Made by a program: the position numbers and the translations under genes. The notes under the pieces were generated by a model. That model worked only from the letters and a program-made list of their open reading frames with translations. It was not told where the DNA came from and ran no database searches. From a virus (taxonomy: Duplodnaviria > Caudoviricetes), in the IMG/VR virus record IMGVR_UViG_3300048597_000294, positions 1 to 61,851 of that record: a stretch of DNA of 61,851 nucleotides. One strand, given 5' to 3'. This document shows, piece by piece, positions 19,174 through 27,642 of this stretch. The first letter of the stretch is position 1, and each line of letters starts with the position of its first letter.

Positions 19174-19674
19174 ATGCTGAACCCGATCACCTGCAATCGC
19201 CCCCGCGCCACCATCGCCTTCTTGCTGGTCTGCCTCTTCGCCGCCGCTCTCGCGCTGTCGTTCTCCTCGTGCGGCGTGACGCCGGCACGATTCGACGACT
19301 ACCAGCGCGCCGTCGAGCGCAAGGACAAGGCCATCGCGAACTCGACGGTCGCGTTCGTCGAGGAGCGGATCGACGAGAAGCAGCACCTCGACAACGTCGA
19401 CAAGGCGCAGAAGGAACCGGAAGCCATCGTCACGGCCGCGAAGAACGACCTCGGTGCGCTCACCGAGTGGGGCGACTTCGCGCTCGCGATCGGCAAGACG
19501 CTCGGCGTGCCGGGCATCGTCACGGGTGCCGGGATGCTTGCCCTCGACCGCATCCGGAACAACCGCCGCCGCAAGCGTGGCGAGCCCGTGGACACCGACG
19601 GCGACGGCATCCCCGACGCGCAAGACGACCAGCCGCTCGTGCCCAACGCGCCAGCGCCCGCTCCAACGACCTGA
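19174..19674 (+). CDS. Lipoprotein with second TM; unimolecular spanin-like
   Basis: Signal peptide ending LSFSSC, helical region, hydrophobic FALAIG..GIVTGAGMLAL, RRRKR, DTDGDGIPD. Confidence 0.55.
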   Translation: MLNPITCNRPRATIAFLLVCLFAAALALSFSSCGVTPARFDDYQRAVERKDKAIANSTVAFVEERIDEKQHLDNVDKAQKEPEAIVTAAKNDLGALTEWGDFALAIGKTLGVPGIVTGAGMLALDRIRNNRRRKRGEPVDTDGDGIPDAQDDQPLVPNAPAPAPTT

Positions 19675-19689
19675 TCGAGGAGACCTGAC

Positions 19690-20385
19690 ATGAACCTGCT
19701 TCGACCCTTCATCGCGATGTTCCTGCTCGTGGCCGCGCTCGCGGCGACGGCTCCCGCCGGCACGGCCCCTCCGTGGGGCACCGGTCCCGGCAACGCGCAG
19801 TACACGGCGTTCTTCTCGAACCAGCGGCAGGCCACGGTGTTCAACACCGGCCCGCAGTTCGTCATGCCGCGCTTGCCGATCGGCTACAACTGCACCGAGA
19901 TCCAGGTGCGGGTGTACTGGACCGTGCAGCGTGACGTGACGCTGGACGAGGTCTCGGGCGACGCGCCCGGCGTCGTCGAGTTCAGCTCGACCGACGTGAA
20001 CGGCCGCTCGAGCTGGCAGGGCGTGACCTTCCGCACGAACGACGGCGTCGACTTCGCGTGCGTGCGCGCGGCCGTGCCGCCCTTCACGATCTTCGTGCCT
20101 CCTGGCGGGTCGTTCGGAGGCAACAACGGCTTCGAGCAACAGCTCGGCGGCGGGCTCACGGGCACGCCGTACGAGATGATCCAGGACTTCGTGTTCCCGG
20201 TCACCACGCCGGGCTTCCTCGAGGGCCCGACGCCGGGCCTGCTCGATCCGTCCGTGCCGTGGCGCGCGACGTTCCACGGGCTCTTCTCGCAGCGGACGTA
20301 CTCGGGCGTGGTCAACACCACCGCGCGCACCGTCGTCGGCGGCTCCCTCCAGTTCACCTTCGTGCGCGCGCCCGCCGCGCCCTGA
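19690..20385 (+). CDS. Secreted beta-sandwich protein
   Basis: GAGGAG RBS, Sec signal peptide, beta-rich body. Confidence 0.7.
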   Translation: MNLLRPFIAMFLLVAALAATAPAGTAPPWGTGPGNAQYTAFFSNQRQATVFNTGPQFVMPRLPIGYNCTEIQVRVYWTVQRDVTLDEVSGDAPGVVEFSSTDVNGRSSWQGVTFRTNDGVDFACVRAAVPPFTIFVPPGGSFGGNNGFEQQLGGGLTGTPYEMIQDFVFPVTTPGFLEGPTPGLLDPSVPWRATFHGLFSQRTYSGVVNTTARTVVGGSLQFTFVRAPAAP

Positions 20386-20400
20386 TCGGAGCCGACGCCC

Positions 20401-20814
20401 GTGACTTGGACCACCGGAACGCTGCAGCCGCTCGAGGTCAACCTCACCGGCGTGGATACGATCCTGCAGGGAGCGACGTACTACCGTGAGATCCCGCTCA
20501 CGAAGAACGGCTCCCCGCTGGATCTGACGCAGTTGACCGGTGGATCGCCGGGCCAGAAGGGGCTTCGCGTGCAGCTCCGCAAGACGGCGGGCGATCCAGG
20601 AACGGCTGGCGTCGCGACGGCGACGATCAAGAGCCCGGCGACCGCGGGCATCGTCGTGCTCGTCATGGAAGCGGTCGACACCGCGCAGATGACGGAGGCG
20701 GAGGGGGTCTACGACGTCGAGGGCTACGACAAGACGATGTCCCCCGAGGGCGTCGACCGCCTGATCCAGGGATCCTGGAAGCTGAGCCTCGAGGTTACGA
20801 AGTCCACCTCATGA
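20401..20814 (+). CDS. BppU-N-like adaptor structural protein
   Basis: ILQGATY...PLDLT...GVYDVE...RLIQG......EVTK pattern. Confidence 0.7.
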   Translation: MTWTTGTLQPLEVNLTGVDTILQGATYYREIPLTKNGSPLDLTQLTGGSPGQKGLRVQLRKTAGDPGTAGVATATIKSPATAGIVVLVMEAVDTAQMTEAEGVYDVEGYDKTMSPEGVDRLIQGSWKLSLEVTKSTS

Positions 20815-22385
20815 CGAAGCTCGAGGGATCGATCACCGGCGCGCGCGTCCTTGGTGGAAGCGTCACGCTCGGCGCAACGCTGGGCGGATCGGTCACGCTG
20901 GGCTCGCAGCTCGGCGGATCGATCTCCGCGACGCCCGATCCCACGGACCTTTCCGTGATCGTCGTGATGCTCGACGACCTCGGCACCGAACTGCTCGACT
21001 GGATGGGCGTCGGCGAGATCTACACGACCGACCCCGCCTTCGAGTACGCGCCCACGCCGTTCCTGTCGCAGATGGCCGTCGACGGGATCTGGTGGTCGCA
21101 GTTCTACGCCACGCCGCTGTGCAGCCCGTCGCGCGGCCGCTTGCACACGGGGCTGCGAAGCGACCAGACCGGCATCGGTCAGAACTGCCGCCAGCCGTCG
21201 CGCAACCTCGACGTTCAGTATCCGGCCTACGGCTTCACGCCCTCGTCGTCGATCACCTACCTCGCCAAGAAGGTGCGCACCGTGCGCCCCGCGGTCTCGA
21301 CCGCGTACTTCGGCAAGTGGCACATCAACGACATGTGGGGCTACGACGCCGCCAACGCGCGCGAGGACTACCCTCCGAACGTCAACCTCACCGACTACTG
21401 GAAGTTCGGCTTCCAGGAGTTCCTCGGCGGCCCGCTGCCGTACGGCGGCTCCTACGAGTGGTGGAAGGTCTCGGGCTCGGGCGGCACCGCGAACGCACCG
21501 GAGTACGTGAAGCCTGGCACGCCCGCGGTCTACGACGAGACCAACTTCGTCGGCGCCGTCGAGTGCGCGGCCGCGACGTCCTGGCTGTCGGCGCGCACGT
21601 CGCAGTTCTTCTGCGTCGTCTCGATCGACCCGCCGCACAGCCCCGTGACCATCCCGCCCTTCACGATGCTGTCGAGCGCCACGCAGACGGCGCTGACGAC
21701 CGCGGGCCTGGCTGCGGGCGACGCCGTCACGTTCTCGGCCTCGGCGCCGAACTTCCGCCTGGCTTACCGCACGGCCGTCGAATGCGCCGACACGATCGTG
21801 AAGCGCGTGTGGGACTCGGTCCCCGTCGCGCTGAAGCCCAAGACGGTCCTGATCGTGGTGAGCGACAACGGCACCCAGCTCGACGCCGTGCCGTTGGGCT
21901 TCTCGCACTGGAAGGACACCCTGTACTGGGGCGGCACGCGCGTGCCGTGCCTCATGAAGGGCCCCGCGATCGTCTCGCCGAACCGCGAGGTCCGACAGAT
22001 CGCCGACATCGCCGACCTCTACAACACCGTCGTGGACCTGATGGGGTGCAAGACCACCACGACCACGGCGCCGGAGTCGATCTCGCTACTGCCCGCGATG
22101 CAGGACCTGCTCGACCGCGAGCACGTCCAGGCCATCAAGCCCTTCGTGATCGAGCAGATGTTCTATCCGCTCGGCGCGACGAACCCGGCCACGTTCCAGG
22201 TGAGCACGCGCGGCCGGAGCGTGACGGACGGTCGGTACCGCATCGTCTACTCGCCCGACATCGCCGGCGGGATCGGCTTCTACGACACGGCCACGGACCC
22301 GCTCGAGGTCACGAACATCTACGGCTCGCAGACGAGCGAGTTCAACCGGCTGAACGCGGCCCTGGTGGCGAAGCTCCCGGTCTGA
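20811..22385 (+). CDS. Formylglycine-dependent (S1) sulfatase with N-terminal LGGSVT repeats
   Basis: MLDDLG, CSPSRGRLHTG, FGKWH, PPHSP, SDNG, KDTLYWGGTRVP motifs all present; no signal peptide. Confidence 0.9.
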   Translation: MTKLEGSITGARVLGGSVTLGATLGGSVTLGSQLGGSISATPDPTDLSVIVVMLDDLGTELLDWMGVGEIYTTDPAFEYAPTPFLSQMAVDGIWWSQFYATPLCSPSRGRLHTGLRSDQTGIGQNCRQPSRNLDVQYPAYGFTPSSSITYLAKKVRTVRPAVSTAYFGKWHINDMWGYDAANAREDYPPNVNLTDYWKFGFQEFLGGPLPYGGSYEWWKVSGSGGTANAPEYVKPGTPAVYDETNFVGAVECAAATSWLSARTSQFFCVVSIDPPHSPVTIPPFTMLSSATQTALTTAGLAAGDAVTFSASAPNFRLAYRTAVECADTIVKRVWDSVPVALKPKTVLIVVSDNGTQLDAVPLGFSHWKDTLYWGGTRVPCLMKGPAIVSPNREVRQIADIADLYNTVVDLMGCKTTTTTAPESISLLPAMQDLLDREHVQAIKPFVIEQMFYPLGATNPATFQVSTRGRSVTDGRYRIVYSPDIAGGIGFYDTATDPLEVTNIYGSQTSEFNRLNAALVAKLPV

Positions 22386-22388
22386 GCG

Positions 22389-22583
22389 TCACGCGCGCGG
22401 CGTGAACCGGATCCCGGTCTCGGTGCGCTCGACGGTCGCGATCGGGGCGCGCGCGGCCGGAGGAGCCTTGCGCACGATGGCGCGCTCGAGCATCGCCTCG
22501 CGGTCGCGCGTGGGCATGCGCTCGAAGTCTCGCGCGCTGGGCGCGGGGAGGGGGAAGTGGCAGCGGGGGCACTTGTCGGGCAT
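22389..22583 (-). CDS. Small protein with N-terminal CPRC, probably leaderless
   Basis: MPDKCPRCHFPLP...; TACCCT -10 ends 6 nt upstream of ATG. Confidence 0.55.
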   Translation of the reverse strand: MPDKCPRCHFPLPAPSARDFERMPTRDREAMLERAIVRKAPPAARAPIATVERTETGIRFTPRA

Positions 22584-22589
22584 GCCCCG

Positions 22590-22628
22590 AGGGTACGCGC
22601 GAACCCGCGTGCCGCCACGCCGTAGGAC
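22590..22628 (-). promoter_or_regulatory. Variant late-type promoter (GTCCTACGGCG plus TACCCT)
   Basis: 9/11 match to the box; spacing 1 nt shorter. Confidence 0.45.
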
Positions 22629-22644
22629 ACGGGTTCCGGTTCGA

Positions 22645-22669
22645 ACCGTCCTTACCGTCCCTACCGTCC
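22645..22669. repeat. Three ACCGTCC direct repeats, 9-bp period
   Basis: 22645, 22654, 22663 in intergenic DNA. Confidence 0.7.
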
Positions 22670-22795
22670 GACGTCGGCTGTGTTCGAATCCGCACACCCG
22701 ATTCCGAGTTCCTGAAATCAGTAACCGCCTCGCGTCGTCCCGATACCTTCGGCCCGCCCAGCGGTTGTGGCGGTCCCATCCAACAGGAGGAGCGC

Positions 22796-24082
22796 ATGAC
22801 GACGAAACTCGCAGTCGAGATGGTCCCGATCCAGAAGCTGTTCCCGAGCCCCTCGAACCCCAGGCACAACGAGCCCGGCGTCCCGCACGTGGCCGCGTCG
22901 CTCAGGCGATTCGGCTGGAAGCAGCCCGTGGTCGCGAAGCCGAGCGGCGAGGTGATCGCCGGCAACACGAGGCTGAAGGCAGCGCAGTCCCTCGGGATGA
23001 CGGAGGTCCCGGTCGTGTGGTTCGACGGGAGCGAGATGGACGCCACCGCGTACTCGATCGCCGACAACCGCACGCACGAGTTCTCCACGTGGGATGACGA
23101 GGCGCTCGCGAAGCTGCTGTCGACGCTGCGCACTGAGGACGACCTCGACGGCGTCGGGTTCACCGCGGCCGAGCTGGACGAGCTCGTGATGAGCATCGAC
23201 ACGGGGCCGAGCAACCTGGTCGACCCGGGCGCGCAAGTGCCGCCCGCGCAAGCCGTCACTCGTCGCGGCGACCTGTGGATCCTCGGGCGCCACCGGCTTC
23301 TGTGTGGCGACTCGACGAGCGCAGAGGACATGCAGCGCTTGATGGGAGAGGAGCGCGCAGTGCTGCTCGCGACCGACCCGCCCTACCTCGTCGACTACCA
23401 GGGCGGCAACCACCCGCAGAGCTGGGCCAACAAGCCGGAGGTGCGCGACAAGCACTGGGACGACTACCAGGACCCGACGAGCGGCGTGGAGTTCTTCCGC
23501 AAGTTCCTCGAGGTGGCGCTGCGCCACTGCATCGAACGCGTCCCCGTGTATCAGTGGCACGCGACGCGCCGGCAGGTGATAGTCGAGGAGGCGTGGAAGG
23601 CGAACGGCCTGCTCGTGCACCAGACCATCATCTGGGTCAAGGCGCGCGCGGTGCTCACGCGATCGCACTTCATGTGGAAGCACGAGCCGTGCTTCTACGG
23701 ATGGCCGGAGGGCTCCATGCCCGAGTCCGATCAGCGTCCGCCGCCCAGCGAGACCACGGTGTGGGAGATCGACCAGGTGGGGCAGCAGGACGGGATCCAT
23801 CCCACCCAGAAGCCGCTCGCGATCTTCGAGCGCCCGATGCAGTTCCACACGCGGCAGCACGAACTTGTGCTTGAGCCGTTCTCGGGCAGCGGATCGCAGC
23901 TCATCGCGGCCGAGCGGATGGGGCGGCGCTGCAACGCGATGGAGATCTCGCCGGCGTTCGTCGATGCGGCGATCGCGCGGTGGGAGAAGGCGACCGGGCT
24001 CAAGGCCACGCTGCCGGACGGCGAGACCTTCGAGCAGACGCGCGAGGCGCGGGGCGTTGCGGGACCCTCGGAGCCGGGCTAG
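22796..24082 (+). CDS. ParB-N domain fused N4/N6 DNA methyltransferase
   Basis: NPR, IAGNTRLKAA, ADN (ParB-like); TDPPY, HPTQKP, EPFSGSGS; AGGAGG RBS. Confidence 0.93.
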   Translation: MTTKLAVEMVPIQKLFPSPSNPRHNEPGVPHVAASLRRFGWKQPVVAKPSGEVIAGNTRLKAAQSLGMTEVPVVWFDGSEMDATAYSIADNRTHEFSTWDDEALAKLLSTLRTEDDLDGVGFTAAELDELVMSIDTGPSNLVDPGAQVPPAQAVTRRGDLWILGRHRLLCGDSTSAEDMQRLMGEERAVLLATDPPYLVDYQGGNHPQSWANKPEVRDKHWDDYQDPTSGVEFFRKFLEVALRHCIERVPVYQWHATRRQVIVEEAWKANGLLVHQTIIWVKARAVLTRSHFMWKHEPCFYGWPEGSMPESDQRPPPSETTVWEIDQVGQQDGIHPTQKPLAIFERPMQFHTRQHELVLEPFSGSGSQLIAAERMGRRCNAMEISPAFVDAAIARWEKATGLKATLPDGETFEQTREARGVAGPSEPG

Positions 24083-24215
24083 GATCCGGGCCTGCGGGAT
24101 CGTTCGAGAGAGGCCCCACTTCGCGAGCGGTGGCGGTCTCCGGGAAGCTCGACCGGTCCACTCTCCCTCCGCGGGCCGCCCTGCCACTCGATGTGGTGCG
24201 GGCGGCCCGCTCCTT

Positions 24216-24476
24216 TCACACGCTCAGCACGAGCCACACGGCCTGGCTCGCGGCGTCGCGCACGGCGGTGTCCAGCTTCCAGTAGCGGCGCTGCGCGGCG
24301 CGCAACTGGCCAGCCTGCAGGAGCTCGGCGACGGCCATGAGGTCCGCCACGTCCTTGGCGATCTGCGCGCGGAACTCGGGATCGGAGTCCCGGCGGAACG
24401 GAGCCGCGTAGGCGCGCGCGTCGCGCCGCAGTTGCGCGGCGAGCTGGCGGTTGGTGGGTTCGGTCGACTTCGTCAT
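24216..24476 (-). CDS. Hypothetical protein
   Basis: ATG 24476 with GAAGGG RBS; helical 86 aa. Confidence 0.55.
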   Translation of the reverse strand: MTKSTEPTNRQLAAQLRRDARAYAAPFRRDSDPEFRAQIAKDVADLMAVAELLQAGQLRAAQRRYWKLDTAVRDAASQAVWLVLSV

Positions 24477-24605
24477 TGGGTGCCCTTCTACGCGGCCGTG
24501 GGCCACGTGGCGGGACACACGCGCGGGGCGGGGGAATGCCTCGGCGAATCCGGGGATTCCGGCGCGCGGCCGGACACCCTCACGTGCGAGTCGAGTCGGG
24601 AACCC

Positions 24606-24634
24606 TTGCCCAGGTCTGCGCCGCCAAGTACCCT
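24606..24634 (+). promoter_or_regulatory. Sigma70-like promoter for tRNA pair
   Basis: TTGCCC-17 nt-TACCCT, 17 nt upstream of the first tRNA. Confidence 0.65.
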
Positions 24635-24651
24635 CCCGACACAAAGCGGTT

Positions 24652-24727
24652 GCCGGGGTGGAGCAGTTGGCAGCTCGTCAGGCTCATAACCTGAAGGTCG
24701 TCGGTTCGAGTCCGACCCCCGCCACCA
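24652..24727 (+). tRNA. tRNA-Met(CAT), initiator-like body, atypical acceptor stem
   Basis: GAGC/GCTC D-stem (A11-U24), TCAGG-CTCATAA-CCTGA, GTCGG-TTCGAGT-CCGAC, ACCA end; G1-C72 paired, C2:C71 mismatch. Confidence 0.9.
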
Positions 24728-24736
24728 ACCGCGATC

Positions 24737-24809
24737 GCTGGGGTAGCTCAACGGTAGAGCGTCGCGCCGACGTGCGATGATCCAGGTTCGACTCCTGGCC
24801 CTTGCTCCA
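24737..24809 (+). tRNA. tRNA-like gene (Gly-like body, U73-CCA) with aberrant 6-nt anticodon loop
   Basis: TAGCTCAACGGTAGAGC D-arm, TCGCG-CCGACG-TGCGA, CCAGG-TTCGACT-CCTGG, TCCA end; U3:U70 mismatch. Confidence 0.75.
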
Positions 24810-24810
24810 A

Positions 24811-25584
24811 TCACGTTCGCGGATGCATCGCCATGTAGGCGCCGACCACGAACGCCTCGACGCTCGCCACGTCGGGCTTGCCGAGCGCGTGCGAGTCGCG
24901 CAACGCGAGCAAGCGCGTCTCCAGTTGCTCCGCATCCTTCAGGCACTCCTCCATCGAGTACTTGCCCGTGCGCACGTCGAGGATGTGCTGGCGTTGCGGT
25001 TCAGGCATGGGAAACGTCAAGCGGCCGGTCTCCGCGAGTTCGATCCCTTGGTACCCGAGGCGCAGCATGTGACCGGCGTACTTCGTGTCGAAGCCGTACT
25101 TCTCGACGAGTTCGGGACGCGGCGCTCCGTGCCCGCTCCGGTTGTGCATGTGAGTCCGCTGTTGGCGCATGTAGCCCAGGTGGGGCGCGAAGATGTTCTC
25201 GCCGATGAAGCAGGGCGCGAGCGCGCGCAGGGCCTTGGCGATGTCCGTGTCGATCAGCATCGCGTGCTCCGGGATGAAGAGGAGCTGGAGGATCGTCGGG
25301 TTCCCGTCGAGCGCGAGGCGCGCCCACTTGGCGAGGCTGTACGTCACGCGGTCGAGATCGCCGGGGCCGGAACGTTCGCCGTCCGGCTTCGTGCGCTCGA
25401 TGTGCTGCTCGAAGCGCCCGCGCAGGCCGAAGAAGTGGGTCCAGGGCTCGATGCAGATGCCCATCTCGTCCCGATCCGCGACGTCCGAGACGGACAGGCC
25501 GTAGAGCGTGGAGCCCACGACCGCGCGCATGATCGTCTCTCGCGTGGTGGGCCGGTACGAGGTCGGTTGTTCGGAGATCTTCAC
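24811..25584 (-). CDS. RlaP/YcgL-like Pol-beta family nucleotidyltransferase
   Basis: VVGSTLYGLS...ADRDEMG (GS..D.D), GNPTILQLLF, GFDTKYAGHMLRL; GTG overlaps upstream stop. Confidence 0.85.
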   Translation of the reverse strand: MKISEQPTSYRPTTRETIMRAVVGSTLYGLSVSDVADRDEMGICIEPWTHFFGLRGRFEQHIERTKPDGERSGPGDLDRVTYSLAKWARLALDGNPTILQLLFIPEHAMLIDTDIAKALRALAPCFIGENIFAPHLGYMRQQRTHMHNRSGHGAPRPELVEKYGFDTKYAGHMLRLGYQGIELAETGRLTFPMPEPQRQHILDVRTGKYSMEECLKDAEQLETRLLALRDSHALGKPDVASVEAFVVGAYMAMHPRT

Positions 25585-26351
25585 GCGCGCGGCTCTCGCC
25601 CGATGAACATCCCCGGCACGAGGCCCCGCGCGATCTGGTCGCGGAACACAGGGTCGAGCGACGCCATGCACTCTCGGATGATCGTCGACCATTCGACTTT
25701 CAGGTCGTACTCCATGTCGCGCCCGATGCTCTTGTACCACTGAACCGTAGACCCGCTCGGCTTGTGCAAGAACGTCGGCCGCGAGAACGCGTACCAGTCG
25801 CACGCCGTGGTGTGCGTGTACTTCGAATCGCCCTCCTCGTCGAAGGACTGGGGGACGGGCCCGTTGCGCGCGACCCACTCAGCCTCCTTGCCGCAGGAAC
25901 AGGACGGAGCCGGGTTGACCTTCAACCACGCATCGCGTTCGGCGTTGGTGGTGGGCGTGCTGTGCCAACTGCCCTCGGAGAAGATACGCATCATCTCCTC
26001 CGTGGGGGTCTCCTCCCGCCCTTCGGGCTTCGGAATCGACTTGCCCTTCACCATGCCGACACATTGGAACGCTCTGCTCCACGCGTCGAACTTGGTCACA
26101 GTGTCACAGTTGGCGTCGTGGATGGGTAGTCCGCCGCCGCAGTCGCAGCGAGGCATCCATCGATACCAGTGCATCTCGAACGTGTCGTTCTCGAAGTCGC
26201 ATCCGTAGCCGAACTCGCCGGCAAACCCGAAGTGCGAGGCGTCGGCGAGTCCGAGCTTGTGGATCTTCTCGGTGAGCCTGCGGAGATCCCGGTTGGCGTC
26301 TGAGCCGTCGTGGCCTGGGAGAACGATGTGGATCTGGCTGTGCTCGCTCAT
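25581..26351 (-). CDS. Hypothetical protein with several Cys/His pairs
   Basis: FENDTFEMH..CDC...WYKSIGRDM; translationally coupled. Confidence 0.7.
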   Translation of the reverse strand: MSEHSQIHIVLPGHDGSDANRDLRRLTEKIHKLGLADASHFGFAGEFGYGCDFENDTFEMHWYRWMPRCDCGGGLPIHDANCDTVTKFDAWSRAFQCVGMVKGKSIPKPEGREETPTEEMMRIFSEGSWHSTPTTNAERDAWLKVNPAPSCSCGKEAEWVARNGPVPQSFDEEGDSKYTHTTACDWYAFSRPTFLHKPSGSTVQWYKSIGRDMEYDLKVEWSTIIRECMASLDPVFRDQIARGLVPGMFIGREPRA

Positions 26352-26773
26352 CGCGGCGGCTCCTGAACTCGTTCGGACCACCACTCGCCGCCCATGTCCT
26401 TGAGCTCCTCGGGGTAGTGCGTGTCGTACTCGTAGACGGCCGGGACCCCGATGTGGCTGTCGATCACCACGAGGACGCACGATGCCTCGGCGAGGCTGTC
26501 GCGACGCCAGAAGTAGTGACCCGTCACCGTGGGCGGCGTGGTCGACCAGCGGGGAGGGGACGCGAGGCGGTCGAGCGTGGCCTGGAGAGCGCGCGCGTAG
26601 CGGTCGTGCTCCTCCTGCGAGGGGAACGTGATCGCGAGGCTCAGGTTCGGCGGGACCTTCAGCGGGACGGTGACGATGCCGCTCGATGCGAGGACGGGCT
26701 GCGACGGCGCGAGGCCCGGCGCCGTCTCCTTCACGTAGTGGATCGACTGGGTTCGGTCGCTTCGATCTTCCAT
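26348..26773 (-). CDS. Hypothetical protein
   Basis: GGAGG upstream; WSTTPPTVTGHYFWR motif common in small phage proteins. Confidence 0.6.
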   Translation of the reverse strand: MEDRSDRTQSIHYVKETAPGLAPSQPVLASSGIVTVPLKVPPNLSLAITFPSQEEHDRYARALQATLDRLASPPRWSTTPPTVTGHYFWRRDSLAEASCVLVVIDSHIGVPAVYEYDTHYPEELKDMGGEWWSERVQEPPR

Positions 26774-26783
26774 GCCCCGGATC

Positions 26784-27482
26784 CTACCCAGCCTCCGCCG
26801 CGCTCGCACCTGAGACGAGGTTGGCGCGGCGCTGGGCTTCCACGGCCTCTTCGATGGTCGCGAAGGTCCCCAGCTCCAGACGCTGGCCGTTCACGCACGC
26901 GCGCACGCGCCAGCGCTGCTTCGTGCTGTTCCAGTGGATGTTGCGGATGCCGCTCCGTGCCGGCGGGCGGATGCGAGGCGGCGGCGGCTTCGCGTGGCCC
27001 TTCGGCGACTTGGGGCGCACGGGCGTCGTGAACGTCCGCTCGGCGTCCCATCCCAGCTCTTCCATGCGGTGCTTCGCAGTGTCCGCCCTGATCCCGAACT
27101 CGTCGCAGAGTTCGACGAAGAGCCGGCGCGCGCCTCGGAACTCGATCCACTTGGAGCTGCGCCGGTTGCGGCAGTTCGTCTTGCGCAGCACCCAGCGGCA
27201 GTTCCCGGGCTCGTAGCCGCGGTCGTTGTCGATGCGGTCGAGCTCGTGCTTCCTCGACGGCTTCGGCCCCATGTCGGCCACGAACGCGGCGACGTCGTCG
27301 CGCCAGCGGTCGCACACGGAGATCCCGCGACCGCCGTAGTCCTTCCACGCGGGGTTCGTGGGGACGGTGCAGCGCAGGCGCATCGTCTGCCACGCGCGGT
27401 ACTCGGGCCGATAGCTCAAGCCGTGCTTGCGGGTGATCCGCCCCTTCCTGGGGCTCGGGAAGGGCAGCTCAGCGGTTCGCAT
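26784..27482 (-). CDS. HNH homing endonuclease with C-terminal AP2-like domain
   Basis: YGGRGISVCDRW, LDRIDNDRGYEPGNCRW, SGIRNIHW..WRVR..LGTFAT.EEA. Confidence 0.92.
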   Translation of the reverse strand: MRTAELPFPSPRKGRITRKHGLSYRPEYRAWQTMRLRCTVPTNPAWKDYGGRGISVCDRWRDDVAAFVADMGPKPSRKHELDRIDNDRGYEPGNCRWVLRKTNCRNRRSSKWIEFRGARRLFVELCDEFGIRADTAKHRMEELGWDAERTFTTPVRPKSPKGHAKPPPPRIRPPARSGIRNIHWNSTKQRWRVRACVNGQRLELGTFATIEEAVEAQRRANLVSGASAAEAG

Positions 27483-27642
27483 GTGCCATCTCCCGTAGGC
27501 ACCGCGCGACCTTGCGGCGGCGGTAGGCGGCTCGTCCGATCGTACGAGCGCGAGAACGGACGCACTCGGGGGACGTGCACGAGACGCGGCGGCGGTTCGA
27601 GCGGATCGCGGCGCCGCAGTGCTGGCAGCGGGGAGGGGTCAC
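27469..27642 (-). CDS. Small zinc-finger protein
   Basis: CQHC...CTSPEC, Arg-rich; coupled to neighbours. Confidence 0.55.
   Translation of the reverse strand: MTPPRCQHCGAAIRSNRRRVSCTSPECVRSRARTIGRAAYRRRKVARCLREMAHANR

Noticed and set aside
22630-22795. CRISPR mini-array or tRNA in the intergenic region (TTCGAA motifs)
   Set aside because: Repeats are only 7 bp with no spacers, and no cloverleaf or paired T-stem can be drawn
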